This document shows positions 27,501 to 35,248 of a stretch of DNA of 64,000 nucleotides, piece after piece. The notes beneath the pieces were generated by a model that worked only from the letters and a program-made list of their open reading frames with translations, was not told the DNA's origin and did not search any database. The first letter of the stretch is position 1. Every line of letters begins with the position of its first letter. Position numbers and translations under genes: made by a program. Origin of the DNA: a virus (taxonomy: Duplodnaviria; Caudoviricetes); the IMG/VR virus record IMGVR_UViG_3300032216_001431, positions 1-64,000 of that record. One strand, 5' to 3'.

Positions 27501-29625
27501 GCCGGGTCCAAGGTATACCCCACCCGATCCACCGTCCACGTCCAGTACCGGACCTAGTGAAAATTCTGGAGGTAACGGTTCTCCTTCTGCACCTAGACCA
27601 CTTTGGTATCCTCCAGTAGGTGCAGATACTGTTATTAATGGTAGATATTATTTGAAGAGTGGAAGGTTACATGCAGAGTCATGGAATACGGGTGCTGCAG
27701 GTAGTGGTGTGAATGATATTCCAGCGTCGCTTGGAACTTATTTTTATTCCCTACTTGATGGTATTGTTTCTTATGTTGGAAAAGCACCATATTCTCCGTT
27801 TTATCTTCCCGGCTATGTAAAAGTTAAAAATAATATAGGTGGAGAGATTAGATATGCTCATATGAATCCAATGGTTTCAAGTGGGCAAAAAGTAAGGGCA
27901 GGGGACGCTCTTGGTGTGGCGGCAATACAGTCAAGTCCCGTACTAGGAAGGACAATGACTGCCCCTCATCTACATTTTGCTTGGCATGATATGAATAGTC
28001 TTATTCAAAGGGGTGCGGGTGGTAGAGTTCCTTGGCTAGATAAAAATGGAAAGTCAGTTTTTGGGGAAGGTTCCCCTAGTGAGAATGCTGGAAATGGTCA
28101 AGGTGCAGTAGGTTCAATTAATTATTCACAAGTTCAATTGGTTAAATTGCTTCAAAAAGCAGGTTTTCATGATGTAGGTCTTAGGATGGCGTGGGCAATT
28201 GCTATGCGTGAATCTGGGGGTAACGCATCTGCACGTTCACCTAAGAAAGGCACTTATCCTAATGGTACTTATGATGCTGGGCTTTATCAATTAAATTCTT
28301 CTAATTATAAAGGTTGGAAGATAGATACTAAAAAACTTTATGACGGAATGTATCAGGCAAAGTTTGTTTATGATAAAACAAAAAATATGTCTAAGGATAC
28401 ATTGGCGTGGGGTCTTAATCCAGATGGAACAACTAATGCTGTTTATTATGGTCATTGGTCAAAAGAAATGATTAGTAATTATATAACTAAACCGTTCAAA
28501 AAATATTGGGAAATGTTCCCAGCAGTTCTTAATATGGCTGGAGGTGCAATACCACCTACTTCTAACCCTAAGAATCCTAATTCTTTAAGTTCTTCTTCAG
28601 GTACAGGTTCAAGTGGATCGGGTACAGGTTCAAGTGCAACAAGTGCATCTTTTAGCAATAAACCAAAGCCACCTCCAGAAGAAATAGTAGATTATCATTT
28701 CTCAGTTCCAGAAACTTCCGGTGGAACTAATTCTAACGCTAATTATAATGCGTTAATTAAAAGAACACAGTTGAAAACTCCTGCTCCTTGGTATAAGAAA
28801 ATGGCAAATGAGGCTTCTTCTTATGTAGGAAAAGTTGATTATTCTGGTCCTGCTGGAAGCAGTACAACTCATCGACGTAAGGGCAAGACTGCAGATTCTT
28901 CTGCTGTTCCCGGCGATTCAGATACTTATCATTATTTAAAATCAAAGTACAGTGGTAAAAAAGATTCTCATAAAAATAAAATCTATATTGATGGCGTCGG
29001 TGGTTGGAATGCTCCAGAGTTTACTTGGAGAATGTTAAGTAAGTACGGTAAGATGAAAAAGTTTGCTGGTCAGGATGCTCAGAGTTCAATGGGAAGCCCT
29101 GTTAAGAAGGGTAAGGAGAGGCTTGGAGATTTAATTTTTAAGGATGAGGGCAATTACAACCGTGTTGGAATATATGTAGGAGATGGCAAATATGTGTTTG
29201 CAGATTCAGTATTATCAGGTACTGTAAAACGTCCCTCTAAAAATTATTTTAGAGCGAGAAGATTCTTTGCTGATGGTGGTCCAGTGTCTGGACCGGGTGG
29301 TGCTAAAGATGATAAGATTCCGGCAATGCTTTCTAATGGAGAGTATGTAATTAAAGCAGATTCCGTAACTTCAAAAACAAAACCATTTTTAGATATGGTT
29401 AATGCTGGATCATTTAATCCTAAGTTTAATTCTCCAACGTCAAGAATTTCAACTCCAACTGGGTTGGCTGATACTGCAAGTGCGGGTGCGTCAACTAACA
29501 ATGTAGAGTATAATTTAACTGTAACAGTAGAAAAAACTAATGCTTCTCCAGAAGACATTGCAAATGTTGTTATTCAAACTCTTAAGAGAAAAGAAAAAAC
29601 TAATAAAACACATAGGATTCTTTAA
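18592..29625 (+). CDS. tape measure protein, multi-domain (TMP core, ART-like, glycine zipper, M23, SLT, degenerate NlpC/P60)
   Basis: Follows chaperones; N-terminal TP901-like helical core (GKNTQWAGRQLTVGLTVP, EGANALK); motifs listed under findings. Confidence 0.93.
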   Translation: MTQNINLNIVGTANFLPAISEIKKLKTAMSDLQNTQIGKGLNNQLNAQLKSYEQDFLKVIQTTKGFNVEQVKLADATDHLTTKLSRGQFSLGEYYSMFKRSRTGVVEELNQIAQAQAKVAKSFVIPSQKGGYAQVITDMSGVADKMKTAEIYQKALNTAMMDGTTKLINFGKNTQWAGRQLTVGLTVPLMAAGGAMAAMFYQVDQNLRKMQSVYGVGGKAGGAFSSILPSQQEIASIRSQVVQLSQEMARTYGQTAQETAGVAADLAAAGYTGNQLLGLTKTVTKAMVLGESDRQTAMKATIALQSAYKLSTDETATALNFFSAAQAATSTTMRDLIDAIPRVGPVVRNLGGSYKDTVAMLVAMKEGGVAAGEGANALKNSLGRLISPTKTAVDSLKVFGVDILGIVNKNSGNVVGMIESLQQALSTLTPLARQQAITDIFGKFQMSRMTALLDNFNQSGTQSAKVMQMMGLSAKQLSDIAANQTKTLQESTSGQFKIAIETLKADLMPIGETFLQVATVLVKAVDFIVKGFDKLGPIKYVLGGILGGAAVLGPVIMFSGLMANLVGQVFKLVQLFRMFRGGFAESGGWTSPIKSLTNAFAGLSNYFQEVDKAMVASEALSKDLNATMMKQEESLNILTAALTRYTNAVARAAEINGVSGGGIVPPPNGPSGGPVRPGGMPFAPTGGPTSPIGIIGNATRPTPPVLNNMSVNKSGAGEDVGRTGFVYETPSGNKVKGNEFIHLVTDKATQNVLGNLAVVPGYFDVPNSPGVALNRNLKENPMPIVPPSMMQDEEIVKRVLRDLKLSTAAWSVEAHAPAMSLENITSSESSKIAMLRAMQQMGPSVLPQLTALHQNGATGEDVHNFFANAMGPEQWQAMRKQAVQDVLAAYEAAQKSVHEQLLSSGRGAQIGTTAGLQSVTSQFGSELLKEYKVIIDNMDQQIVTALSVESEKTGQGLSTAIREGMRRNAAPALINLGATAATHGDMVVKEFENLIHIAQQAMAKIASQVGSTAVEISAMSGVGTVPVINQAAARVSRIEQIAKGGLGAVKLATGGKVQGPGGPRDDVIPAMLSDGEYVVNANAVGHYGTGFLDAVNSKKLAGGGPAGSSRLAGIMDSLFGREKMQSSSQIQNYLTSPNSAYAGHNIQDFFASRNNAKNVDLKHIEDLISNHQALGTLEEQQLMKALEEHASGDWGNKGPLAALDPRIVDAGRASLNTRLSQMPGDTVRLYRAIRTTPETGKTAPGHYGYIPAGQAIEAHQPYTSYSSNIEKAMTFVGNDQIANARIIEVDVPKSAIVGIQNANYTGKPGEGEFVVRTSDIPGGSRYVTFTGLSTKRKNSDDPLLKFLGKPGPESKGMLLTDIARRYTQMPSPEASSKVPGFWDESQRQYAETRAGNFNFGPRYSPEHQLEFFGITPEEVQIARQHLEEKYGMQVKELAKQKNKKIIGKNYEDQTLLRLASDKEFIPAESPGTMSTIWSPNYINRAKGGGVGQFHHNRFYKYHDRKFKYEKGGEVFAHAVNPIHSGNLKAYLPIGFKTTEEINQALNNSNIENGANVQELIDQISKDNSTDEMISQLKNAGYTDTAAKKYAKKIKNHTLEQLKKFEGKKINDSTLYNLVEQSKEVESIKEKLINDENWIKSTAETRISPSLRKLGEAGATVTLPEETVKLNDRLLTSKIINSGNMSYGYDHKKEQVYREFNFNSNGETYKARQALKEIPKAFTIPNNPNRTSISELTAEEVQHLFTGENIKGRGFRYYNSNNRFVASSKGIRGILSNLEENLLIKTLIRPRANGGFVRLADGGIPAMVSNGEYFFGPDTVKHYGKGFMDNLNAGKFAMGGKIVGPGGPKDDLIPMTLPEHSYIINAAATQKIGIPTLDAINSKRFSKGGILGFPTGGEATAEEEQSLMQVRARLARKALKAQQRAEEENEVNRQEHEAFEARKRAAKAQLQAAEQELKNVRNNPNSTGKIIEESRRAVREANQVLQPMRQAGRPIREAYNASQATLQRATERFNVQSAGIPMHMIDPDAPRERGSLGQRIRERYRPTQGQPRRGFSSGMGSMMGGTALQMAGSMAGGALEANAGGATMASSALSGAGTGAMMGSMLGPEGMLAGAAIGGIIGGIMGHMEEEQRNLTKAISEAHQKNMGLVSSMSTSSDILAQLGIKVKSISDIKLGDNAKQAEAYSSAINQVADAMANGSEATKSMINYIKTATSEDQRKALGQQFSGVLAAGGSVEQATVTAGGAAKAAGLSGLMSSIAINQLKSEAQKAAASGKSLQLFGAEKQFAGAQAMLNNNGGLDLSKLSKQNFSYSTPNTASLGGRYGSMGMKKVNANLAGTLGYSGQTLPEGFMLSSLREIKGKTAEDINAKGLGGAAALGSNDANIAAVAKLSKITENMKPEEVESKINAYLLNLKKIPDEAFKDAQNLQDAYDQINIGFTKPMEDAIVNMSSSDFKQYINEFSTGMGTASDVMKVVADKVASELSPEMQALEGSLGNSTAALSRFLTAVNAISGIKFDSAQAQERAAAAITDNPSLAAAAEKQTAFEKQASSIGDKESKNIDGSNRVGSLQTASKKSSDKFVADQKAAQKAYQQEQESIQNTIKAKSKYIDSIRKEMDARQKLYDKKQQGIEQDLTLQNLQNDVYRARTTGSLLDQAAAQSAYNAELNKQADLKAKQAADEKDQSKIDKTDTQISTLQDTLDKISKNYDKAQQKAQDTQDAIQVSYGKQIEQAKKLGDTTGAQQAAWSDGWQKLVTAAEQGKGATSQEVIDLIDGLTKSSGVAKTQIIQDFTEMQTNFNKTVGKDGLIFNANGTMTKLGIPNGQIYADENGNLTWKEAGGKPRFVDLGGGVVVSNASKPKPQRIGSGPLANKPLPAPAAEGGYISGPGTATSDSIPARLSNGEYVVRAKAVNHYGSGMMDAINERRFAEGGLVGPDNVSSMQDGSGKLPKINFGYSVPFARGGAVSPNEGGPGPRYTPPDPPSTSSTGPSENSGGNGSPSAPRPLWYPPVGADTVINGRYYLKSGRLHAESWNTGAAGSGVNDIPASLGTYFYSLLDGIVSYVGKAPYSPFYLPGYVKVKNNIGGEIRYAHMNPMVSSGQKVRAGDALGVAAIQSSPVLGRTMTAPHLHFAWHDMNSLIQRGAGGRVPWLDKNGKSVFGEGSPSENAGNGQGAVGSINYSQVQLVKLLQKAGFHDVGLRMAWAIAMRESGGNASARSPKKGTYPNGTYDAGLYQLNSSNYKGWKIDTKKLYDGMYQAKFVYDKTKNMSKDTLAWGLNPDGTTNAVYYGHWSKEMISNYITKPFKKYWEMFPAVLNMAGGAIPPTSNPKNPNSLSSSSGTGSSGSGTGSSATSASFSNKPKPPPEEIVDYHFSVPETSGGTNSNANYNALIKRTQLKTPAPWYKKMANEASSYVGKVDYSGPAGSSTTHRRKGKTADSSAVPGDSDTYHYLKSKYSGKKDSHKNKIYIDGVGGWNAPEFTWRMLSKYGKMKKFAGQDAQSSMGSPVKKGKERLGDLIFKDEGNYNRVGIYVGDGKYVFADSVLSGTVKRPSKNYFRARRFFADGGPVSGPGGAKDDKIPAMLSNGEYVIKADSVTSKTKPFLDMVNAGSFNPKFNSPTSRISTPTGLADTASAGASTNNVEYNLTVTVEKTNASPEDIANVVIQTLKRKEKTNKTHRIL
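21742..29412 (+). repeat. dispersed protein repeat AxGG.V.GPG...D.IPA.LS.GEY.. in the TMP (21742-21888, 23983-24093 partial, 24094-24240, 27220-27366, 29266-29412)
   Basis: Five copies seen in the translation. Confidence 0.9.
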
Positions 29626-30677
29626 TGGCATTCGGTAAACCAGTATTACAAATTTATACCAGCGATCCAACTATAATTGGTTCAAACCCTATTGGTTATA
29701 CTTTAACTGATCATAATCGTCAACCCCTGCAGGTTGCTTATGAAACAATTGAAAATTCTGCTCGTATGGCTAATGGAACGCTTCGTAGATATATTACTGC
29801 TAATAAAAAGAAAATTGGTATTTCTTGGGATATGGTTCCAGCGGCAGGTGGGTATAATTTTACTGCTGACTCGAACCTTGGTGCTGCTTGGCTTAAATCA
29901 TTTTATGAAGAAAATATTTATAAGCCAGTATGGATTAAACTAACATACGCAGAAGAAGGATGGAGGTTTTCTAACAATCAAACAGCAACTACTAAATTTA
30001 TGTCTACAAATTCAACATTTAATAATTCAAATGATAATAGTCTAATTACGTCAACACCATTTTATATTTCTGCTTTCGCATTTTCTAGTTTTACAAGTGG
30101 TTCTGGTACAGCAAGTATAACAACAACTATTAATCATAATATTTCTGCTAATTCAGAAGTTTATGTTACTGGAGTAAATCAATTATTTAATGGAACTTGG
30201 ATCGTTTCTTCTTCTGCCGCACCAAATGTATTCACTTTTAATTTTAGAGGAAACGGAAATGCTTCTGCAACATTTAAAATAAATTCTTATAATCAGTCTG
30301 GCAATACTGCTTCATTTAATGTTGATAACAATGCTTTTGTAAACAGTGGTGCAACAATTTCAATTACAAATTCTCAACCTATTTTAGGTTCTAGTATTAA
30401 TGGAACATGGACGGTAACTGGTAATAAAACTGGTCAAACTTATTTTACCGCTTCATCAACTACAAGTCAGACTGCTAAGGGGCAATATGGAGATGCAACT
30501 ATAATTACTTCTAGTTCTTATTCAGGATCACCAAGCACATTATCACTAGCCCAAACGGGACTGGCAGTTAGCACAGATGTACTTAAAGTTTTTATGACAA
30601 GTTTTAACTATGATATAGTTAATCGATTATCAGTGACAGATATTGTCAACATGAATATTGAATTTACGGAGATATAA
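29625..30677 (+). CDS. distal tail (Dit-like) protein with inserted beta domains
   Basis: First gene after TMP; RMANGTLRRY; two NGTW.V repeats; ends with EFTEI. Confidence 0.7.
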   Translation: MAFGKPVLQIYTSDPTIIGSNPIGYTLTDHNRQPLQVAYETIENSARMANGTLRRYITANKKKIGISWDMVPAAGGYNFTADSNLGAAWLKSFYEENIYKPVWIKLTYAEEGWRFSNNQTATTKFMSTNSTFNNSNDNSLITSTPFYISAFAFSSFTSGSGTASITTTINHNISANSEVYVTGVNQLFNGTWIVSSSAAPNVFTFNFRGNGNASATFKINSYNQSGNTASFNVDNNAFVNSGATISITNSQPILGSSINGTWTVTGNKTGQTYFTASSTTSQTAKGQYGDATIITSSSYSGSPSTLSLAQTGLAVSTDVLKVFMTSFNYDIVNRLSVTDIVNMNIEFTEI

Positions 30678-33600
30678 TGCTTTCTCTTTCAGGAAATTCA
30701 GAAACAGCATTTGCTGCATTAAATTCACTTAATGTAAACCCGCTTGTGTATGCTGAATGGAATTATAATAATATTGTAAAGCCATATACAGTTCATTCTT
30801 CTAATACTTCATCTCTTAATGCTGCAAGTGGTTTAAATATTTCCGCATCTTGGTCTAGGCGTAATAGTGGAACTGTAAGCCTTCTTTCAAACGGTGGCGA
30901 GATTAATGAAATTAATACTTCTGGAAGTTGCCTTAAACTTTCAACTAATTCTAAGTCAGACAATGATACTTTTTCATCGAGTATAACTTTGCCATCAGGA
31001 TCTGGATATTATAAAATAATTCTTTATTTAAAAAGTTATATGAAAAATGTTTATGGAGAAAATGCACCAATAAAAAATATATCTATTCAAAATGCGGGCG
31101 CCGGTTCATTTACTGGGAGTGTTAGGTACAATATTATACCTGTAAATAATAATGCTAAAAGACCTATGCTAGATTATAATAATTCAATTAGTGGGTCTTC
31201 TACTCTTACTTCTGCTTCTGGTGCAAACATATCATGGTCTGCTTCTATTCAAAGCGCAGTGGCGTTTGACATTTATAGATCTAAAAATAATACATCGCTT
31301 ATGCCATATTTAACAACAATCCCAGCAATTGCTGAAAATATTTCTAGTAGTTCTTATACATATAATGACGATTTTTCACAAAATCCCACAACTATAAAAT
31401 ATAATCCAACGCAAAATATGAAAATTTTTGTTAACCCAACAGCAAGAGTTCTTAATTCTTCAAGTCCTGTAGAAAATCTTCAACATTACACAAGAATTGT
31501 TTCAGAGCAAACCGGGACAATTGAAAAAATTTCTAATTCTATTGAATTGGATGGGTCCAAGTACTATCGTGTAGAAGTTTTTGTTGGAAGTACTTCTACA
31601 TTTACGCAAATAGTTTTAGATATTTCTACCCAATGTCCTTTTATTAATGGTAGTTTATTGTTGTGTAATGCAGAAATGTTTAAAATAGATGGTTGGAATT
31701 TTTCTACATCAGATTATTATCCAATAGAATCAGTTTTTGATTCCTACAGGCCGGGAGAAGCATTACTTCATCCATACCTTCAAACAAATGATAGGTATGT
31801 GAATTATGGACAGAATAATCAAAGTTTAAAACCTGTATCTTCAATATTTTTTAGTAACGATGAATTTTTTGATGGTGCTTATCCATACAAACAAGCACAC
31901 AATTCAATTTTTAATAGATTTAAATATTATGTTTCTCCAAACGATCTTGATACCTCCACTGTAACTGTAAGGGCGCAGTATAAAAAATATTTAGATATAA
32001 ATAAAATTGTTATTAAAACATCTAATGCAATTGAAGATATGACAAATGTTTCTGGTAGTATACAAATTCTGGGTCCAAATTATTCAGTTTTATCTACAAT
32101 TGTGCTTCCAGCAGGGACGTTTGATCAGAGTGGTATAGCGGTAGCATATTTTAATGGTATAACTTGGTCTGCTTCAAGTGCTGAGTCTGGTAGAGGTTCT
32201 TGGGTTCCACCTACGCTAACTAATTCTGGAATTTTTCAAGATGTAACTTCAAGTGTTACGGGGATTTCTTATATTACCAATCAACCTAAAGCATCAAGTC
32301 AAAGGTTAAAGAATACTAATCCTAAAACGACTGCCCTTGATAGGGTTCATGTTATAGAAATTTCCCCAAGACTTGAATTGGATATATCAGATATTGTTCA
32401 AGATTTTTCTGTAAATAAAATGATGGATGATTCAGAATCTGAAGCGGCTTTTCCAATAGGATATATGAATGGTAATCAAGGATCAATAAATATTAGTAAT
32501 ATTCCTGTGTATAAAAATAATTTTCCTTTTACAATATTTGATAATTTATCATCTGCTGCAACAATTTCTGATATTATTCGTGAAAATGTAAAATTTACAG
32601 TTGGTCTGATTTCTCCAACAAATGATTTTACAGACTATGTTCCATTTATGACTATGTATTCAGATTCTTGGTCGATAAAAGATTTAGATACAATAACTGT
32701 TGATCTTTATGATCCAGCAAAATATTTAATGAGTTATGATGCACCAGATTATTTTTGTCAATCAGAAGAAATTTTTACAACAATAACAAACTTATTTGAT
32801 ATATGTGGGTTTAGTGATTATGATTATAATGGTCTTAATCAAATTTTAAAACAAAAAAATATAAAAATTAATGCATTTTATTGTGATAGAAAACAAACAA
32901 TAATTGAAGTACTTAGATCGTTCTTTGTGGCACATCAAATAGCAGCAGCCTTTGACGAATATGGAATACTTAGATTTAAAGATCTTGAAGATTATTTGTA
33001 TCAATATACAAGTAATAATTTTAGTCCAGATTTTTCAGTTAGCGACATCCCCTTGGTAATAAATAAATCATCTGGTTCTGTTTATTATGAAGCAAATTTA
33101 ATAAAAGATTCTTATAGTTCAAATGTAGAACAAAAAAAAGGAAAAATTACAATAAATTTTACAGAACCTGTAAGAAATTTTACTGATAGTAAGCCTGTTG
33201 CTAATTCTATAAATGCTAGAAGAACTTCTACTTCTACAAATCAAGTTTTTACAGAATCTAATCAATCAGCATTAGTAAGAAGTTATTCGTCAAAATCTAT
33301 TAAGGGTGCTGAAAATTATTTTTATGTTGATCCAAAAATTCTTACAAGCCAGACACACGTTGGAAGTCTTCTTACAGAATCTGGAATGGCTTTTCTTCAA
33401 GGAGAATTGATTTCATGGGCGGGGCTTGAGTATAATTTTAGTGGTTCTTCTGGGGCTAAACCTGTACAATCAATAAACAAATTAATTTATAGTTATGATG
33501 AATGTTTTAGAACTTCTGATGAAATGATTTCTACGCATCCTTCTTTAACTAATGTTGAGTGGCACCCAACAGGCAAAGTTGTTGGAGTTCAAAGAGGTTT

Positions 33601-35227
33601 AAAAAATACTAAACCAAGAAATCACATTATATTTGATGATAGTACAAATAAAACAAATAGTGCTTTAAGTCCATCTAATAATTTTTCTTCTATTATTATA
33701 TATAATAATTCAAATGGAAATTATGCTTCTGGAACACCGGCAGCAAAAGCATCATATGGAGATTCTGCTGTAACTTTTAAAGATAATATTGCAAAATTTA
33801 TGGTACACAAACCAAAAACTGGTAAAAAACATGTATTAGCATTAACACCTAAATATAATTCATTGCAAGGTGAGTATGCCGCCCCAGTTTCTGCAAGTAA
33901 TTTTGATTTTTTTCAATTTGTTTTTACTGGTCCAAATTTAACTAATCAAAAATTTGCTGCAAATGGGGACGAATCTATTGTAGAAATAGGTTTTTATATA
34001 AATCATCTAACTAGCCCCCTATTGTTTGGTATAAGAAATGTAAAAAATAAATCAGTTTTGGCTGTTAATGAATTTTCTGTTTCAGGTGTAAAACCTAAGA
34101 CATCAAGCAATCAGAATCATCAATCTCATAGTTCCCCATTTCAAACATTAGGAAAAAATGTTTTCGATGGATTACCACATAGAATTGGTTTATGGATAAA
34201 TTACGAAAACTCTACTTTTTATGTATATGTAAATCAACATCAATATGGCCCATATCCACTTATTGGAAGCCGTAACAGTGGGATTGCAAAATCAAAAACT
34301 TCTACTTGGGGGGTGTATGTTGAAAACCTTGAAAAAACATTTATGAATACTCAACACGATGAAAAAACTTTGAGCCTTTTTGTTCATGAAATGTATGCTT
34401 ATGATTATAAAAGTTTAGGCGAAATGCAATATGGTCATACCAATCTATATCCACCAGCAATAACAGATTACAATTTTCATTGGCAGAGTAAAAACTATTT
34501 AAATGAAATAATAAAAAATAATCCCAATTGTGAACCTAAGTATTATTTTTGGGGTCCGTTGGATTTGTTTGGAGTTAAAATTTATGATAACGTGGTCTTT
34601 GGTACGAGTCCAGTTTTTCAAAATACTTTGAATATAGAAAAAATTGGTTATTCAGGTGATTGGCCGGGTCCAAATGGTGTTTTTAAAAAAACAACAATTA
34701 AAGATATTGCTATGTCAAGTATATTTTCAACACCTTTTAGATTTTCAATGATGCTTGTAAATAATAATAAAAACAACCAACTTGTTTGGTTATGTAAAAC
34801 TAACACAGTAAAAGGCGAACCAGATGTAACTCCATTTACCTTAGAAGCAAATTTTATGAAACAAACAGACGAAATTACAGTTGAAAAAATTATTAATCCA
34901 ACCAACAAAGATGGTGGTGTAATGTTAAATACATTGTGGATTCAATCAAAAGAAGAAGCAGAAAACCTTTTATCAAAATCTGTCCATTTTGCTAATTCTT
35001 TTAATACAACTGTTAACCTGCAAATTTTTGGAAACCCGCTGGTTCAAGTTGGTGACATTTGTAAATTTGTTTATACTGCTAAAAGGATTGGTTATGATCC
35101 AGAAAGTTTAAACCCTAATCCCGTTTATTTTTTAGTTAAACAAGTTAATCAAGATTTCACAGGCGGTTTGACAACAGGCTTAACTTTAAAACCTTTATTT
35201 AATACAAATTCAATAAGCATAGCATGA
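30677..35227 (+). CDS. large minor tail / baseplate hub protein
   Basis: Synteny; FDEYG.LRF and GNPLVQVGD motifs. Confidence 0.75.
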   Translation: MLSLSGNSETAFAALNSLNVNPLVYAEWNYNNIVKPYTVHSSNTSSLNAASGLNISASWSRRNSGTVSLLSNGGEINEINTSGSCLKLSTNSKSDNDTFSSSITLPSGSGYYKIILYLKSYMKNVYGENAPIKNISIQNAGAGSFTGSVRYNIIPVNNNAKRPMLDYNNSISGSSTLTSASGANISWSASIQSAVAFDIYRSKNNTSLMPYLTTIPAIAENISSSSYTYNDDFSQNPTTIKYNPTQNMKIFVNPTARVLNSSSPVENLQHYTRIVSEQTGTIEKISNSIELDGSKYYRVEVFVGSTSTFTQIVLDISTQCPFINGSLLLCNAEMFKIDGWNFSTSDYYPIESVFDSYRPGEALLHPYLQTNDRYVNYGQNNQSLKPVSSIFFSNDEFFDGAYPYKQAHNSIFNRFKYYVSPNDLDTSTVTVRAQYKKYLDINKIVIKTSNAIEDMTNVSGSIQILGPNYSVLSTIVLPAGTFDQSGIAVAYFNGITWSASSAESGRGSWVPPTLTNSGIFQDVTSSVTGISYITNQPKASSQRLKNTNPKTTALDRVHVIEISPRLELDISDIVQDFSVNKMMDDSESEAAFPIGYMNGNQGSINISNIPVYKNNFPFTIFDNLSSAATISDIIRENVKFTVGLISPTNDFTDYVPFMTMYSDSWSIKDLDTITVDLYDPAKYLMSYDAPDYFCQSEEIFTTITNLFDICGFSDYDYNGLNQILKQKNIKINAFYCDRKQTIIEVLRSFFVAHQIAAAFDEYGILRFKDLEDYLYQYTSNNFSPDFSVSDIPLVINKSSGSVYYEANLIKDSYSSNVEQKKGKITINFTEPVRNFTDSKPVANSINARRTSTSTNQVFTESNQSALVRSYSSKSIKGAENYFYVDPKILTSQTHVGSLLTESGMAFLQGELISWAGLEYNFSGSSGAKPVQSINKLIYSYDECFRTSDEMISTHPSLTNVEWHPTGKVVGVQRGLKNTKPRNHIIFDDSTNKTNSALSPSNNFSSIIIYNNSNGNYASGTPAAKASYGDSAVTFKDNIAKFMVHKPKTGKKHVLALTPKYNSLQGEYAAPVSASNFDFFQFVFTGPNLTNQKFAANGDESIVEIGFYINHLTSPLLFGIRNVKNKSVLAVNEFSVSGVKPKTSSNQNHQSHSSPFQTLGKNVFDGLPHRIGLWINYENSTFYVYVNQHQYGPYPLIGSRNSGIAKSKTSTWGVYVENLEKTFMNTQHDEKTLSLFVHEMYAYDYKSLGEMQYGHTNLYPPAITDYNFHWQSKNYLNEIIKNNPNCEPKYYFWGPLDLFGVKIYDNVVFGTSPVFQNTLNIEKIGYSGDWPGPNGVFKKTTIKDIAMSSIFSTPFRFSMMLVNNNKNNQLVWLCKTNTVKGEPDVTPFTLEANFMKQTDEITVEKIINPTNKDGGVMLNTLWIQSKEEAENLLSKSVHFANSFNTTVNLQIFGNPLVQVGDICKFVYTAKRIGYDPESLNPNPVYFLVKQVNQDFTGGLTTGLTLKPLFNTNSISIA

Positions 35228-35248
35228 TAAAATTATAATGGAGGTTTT

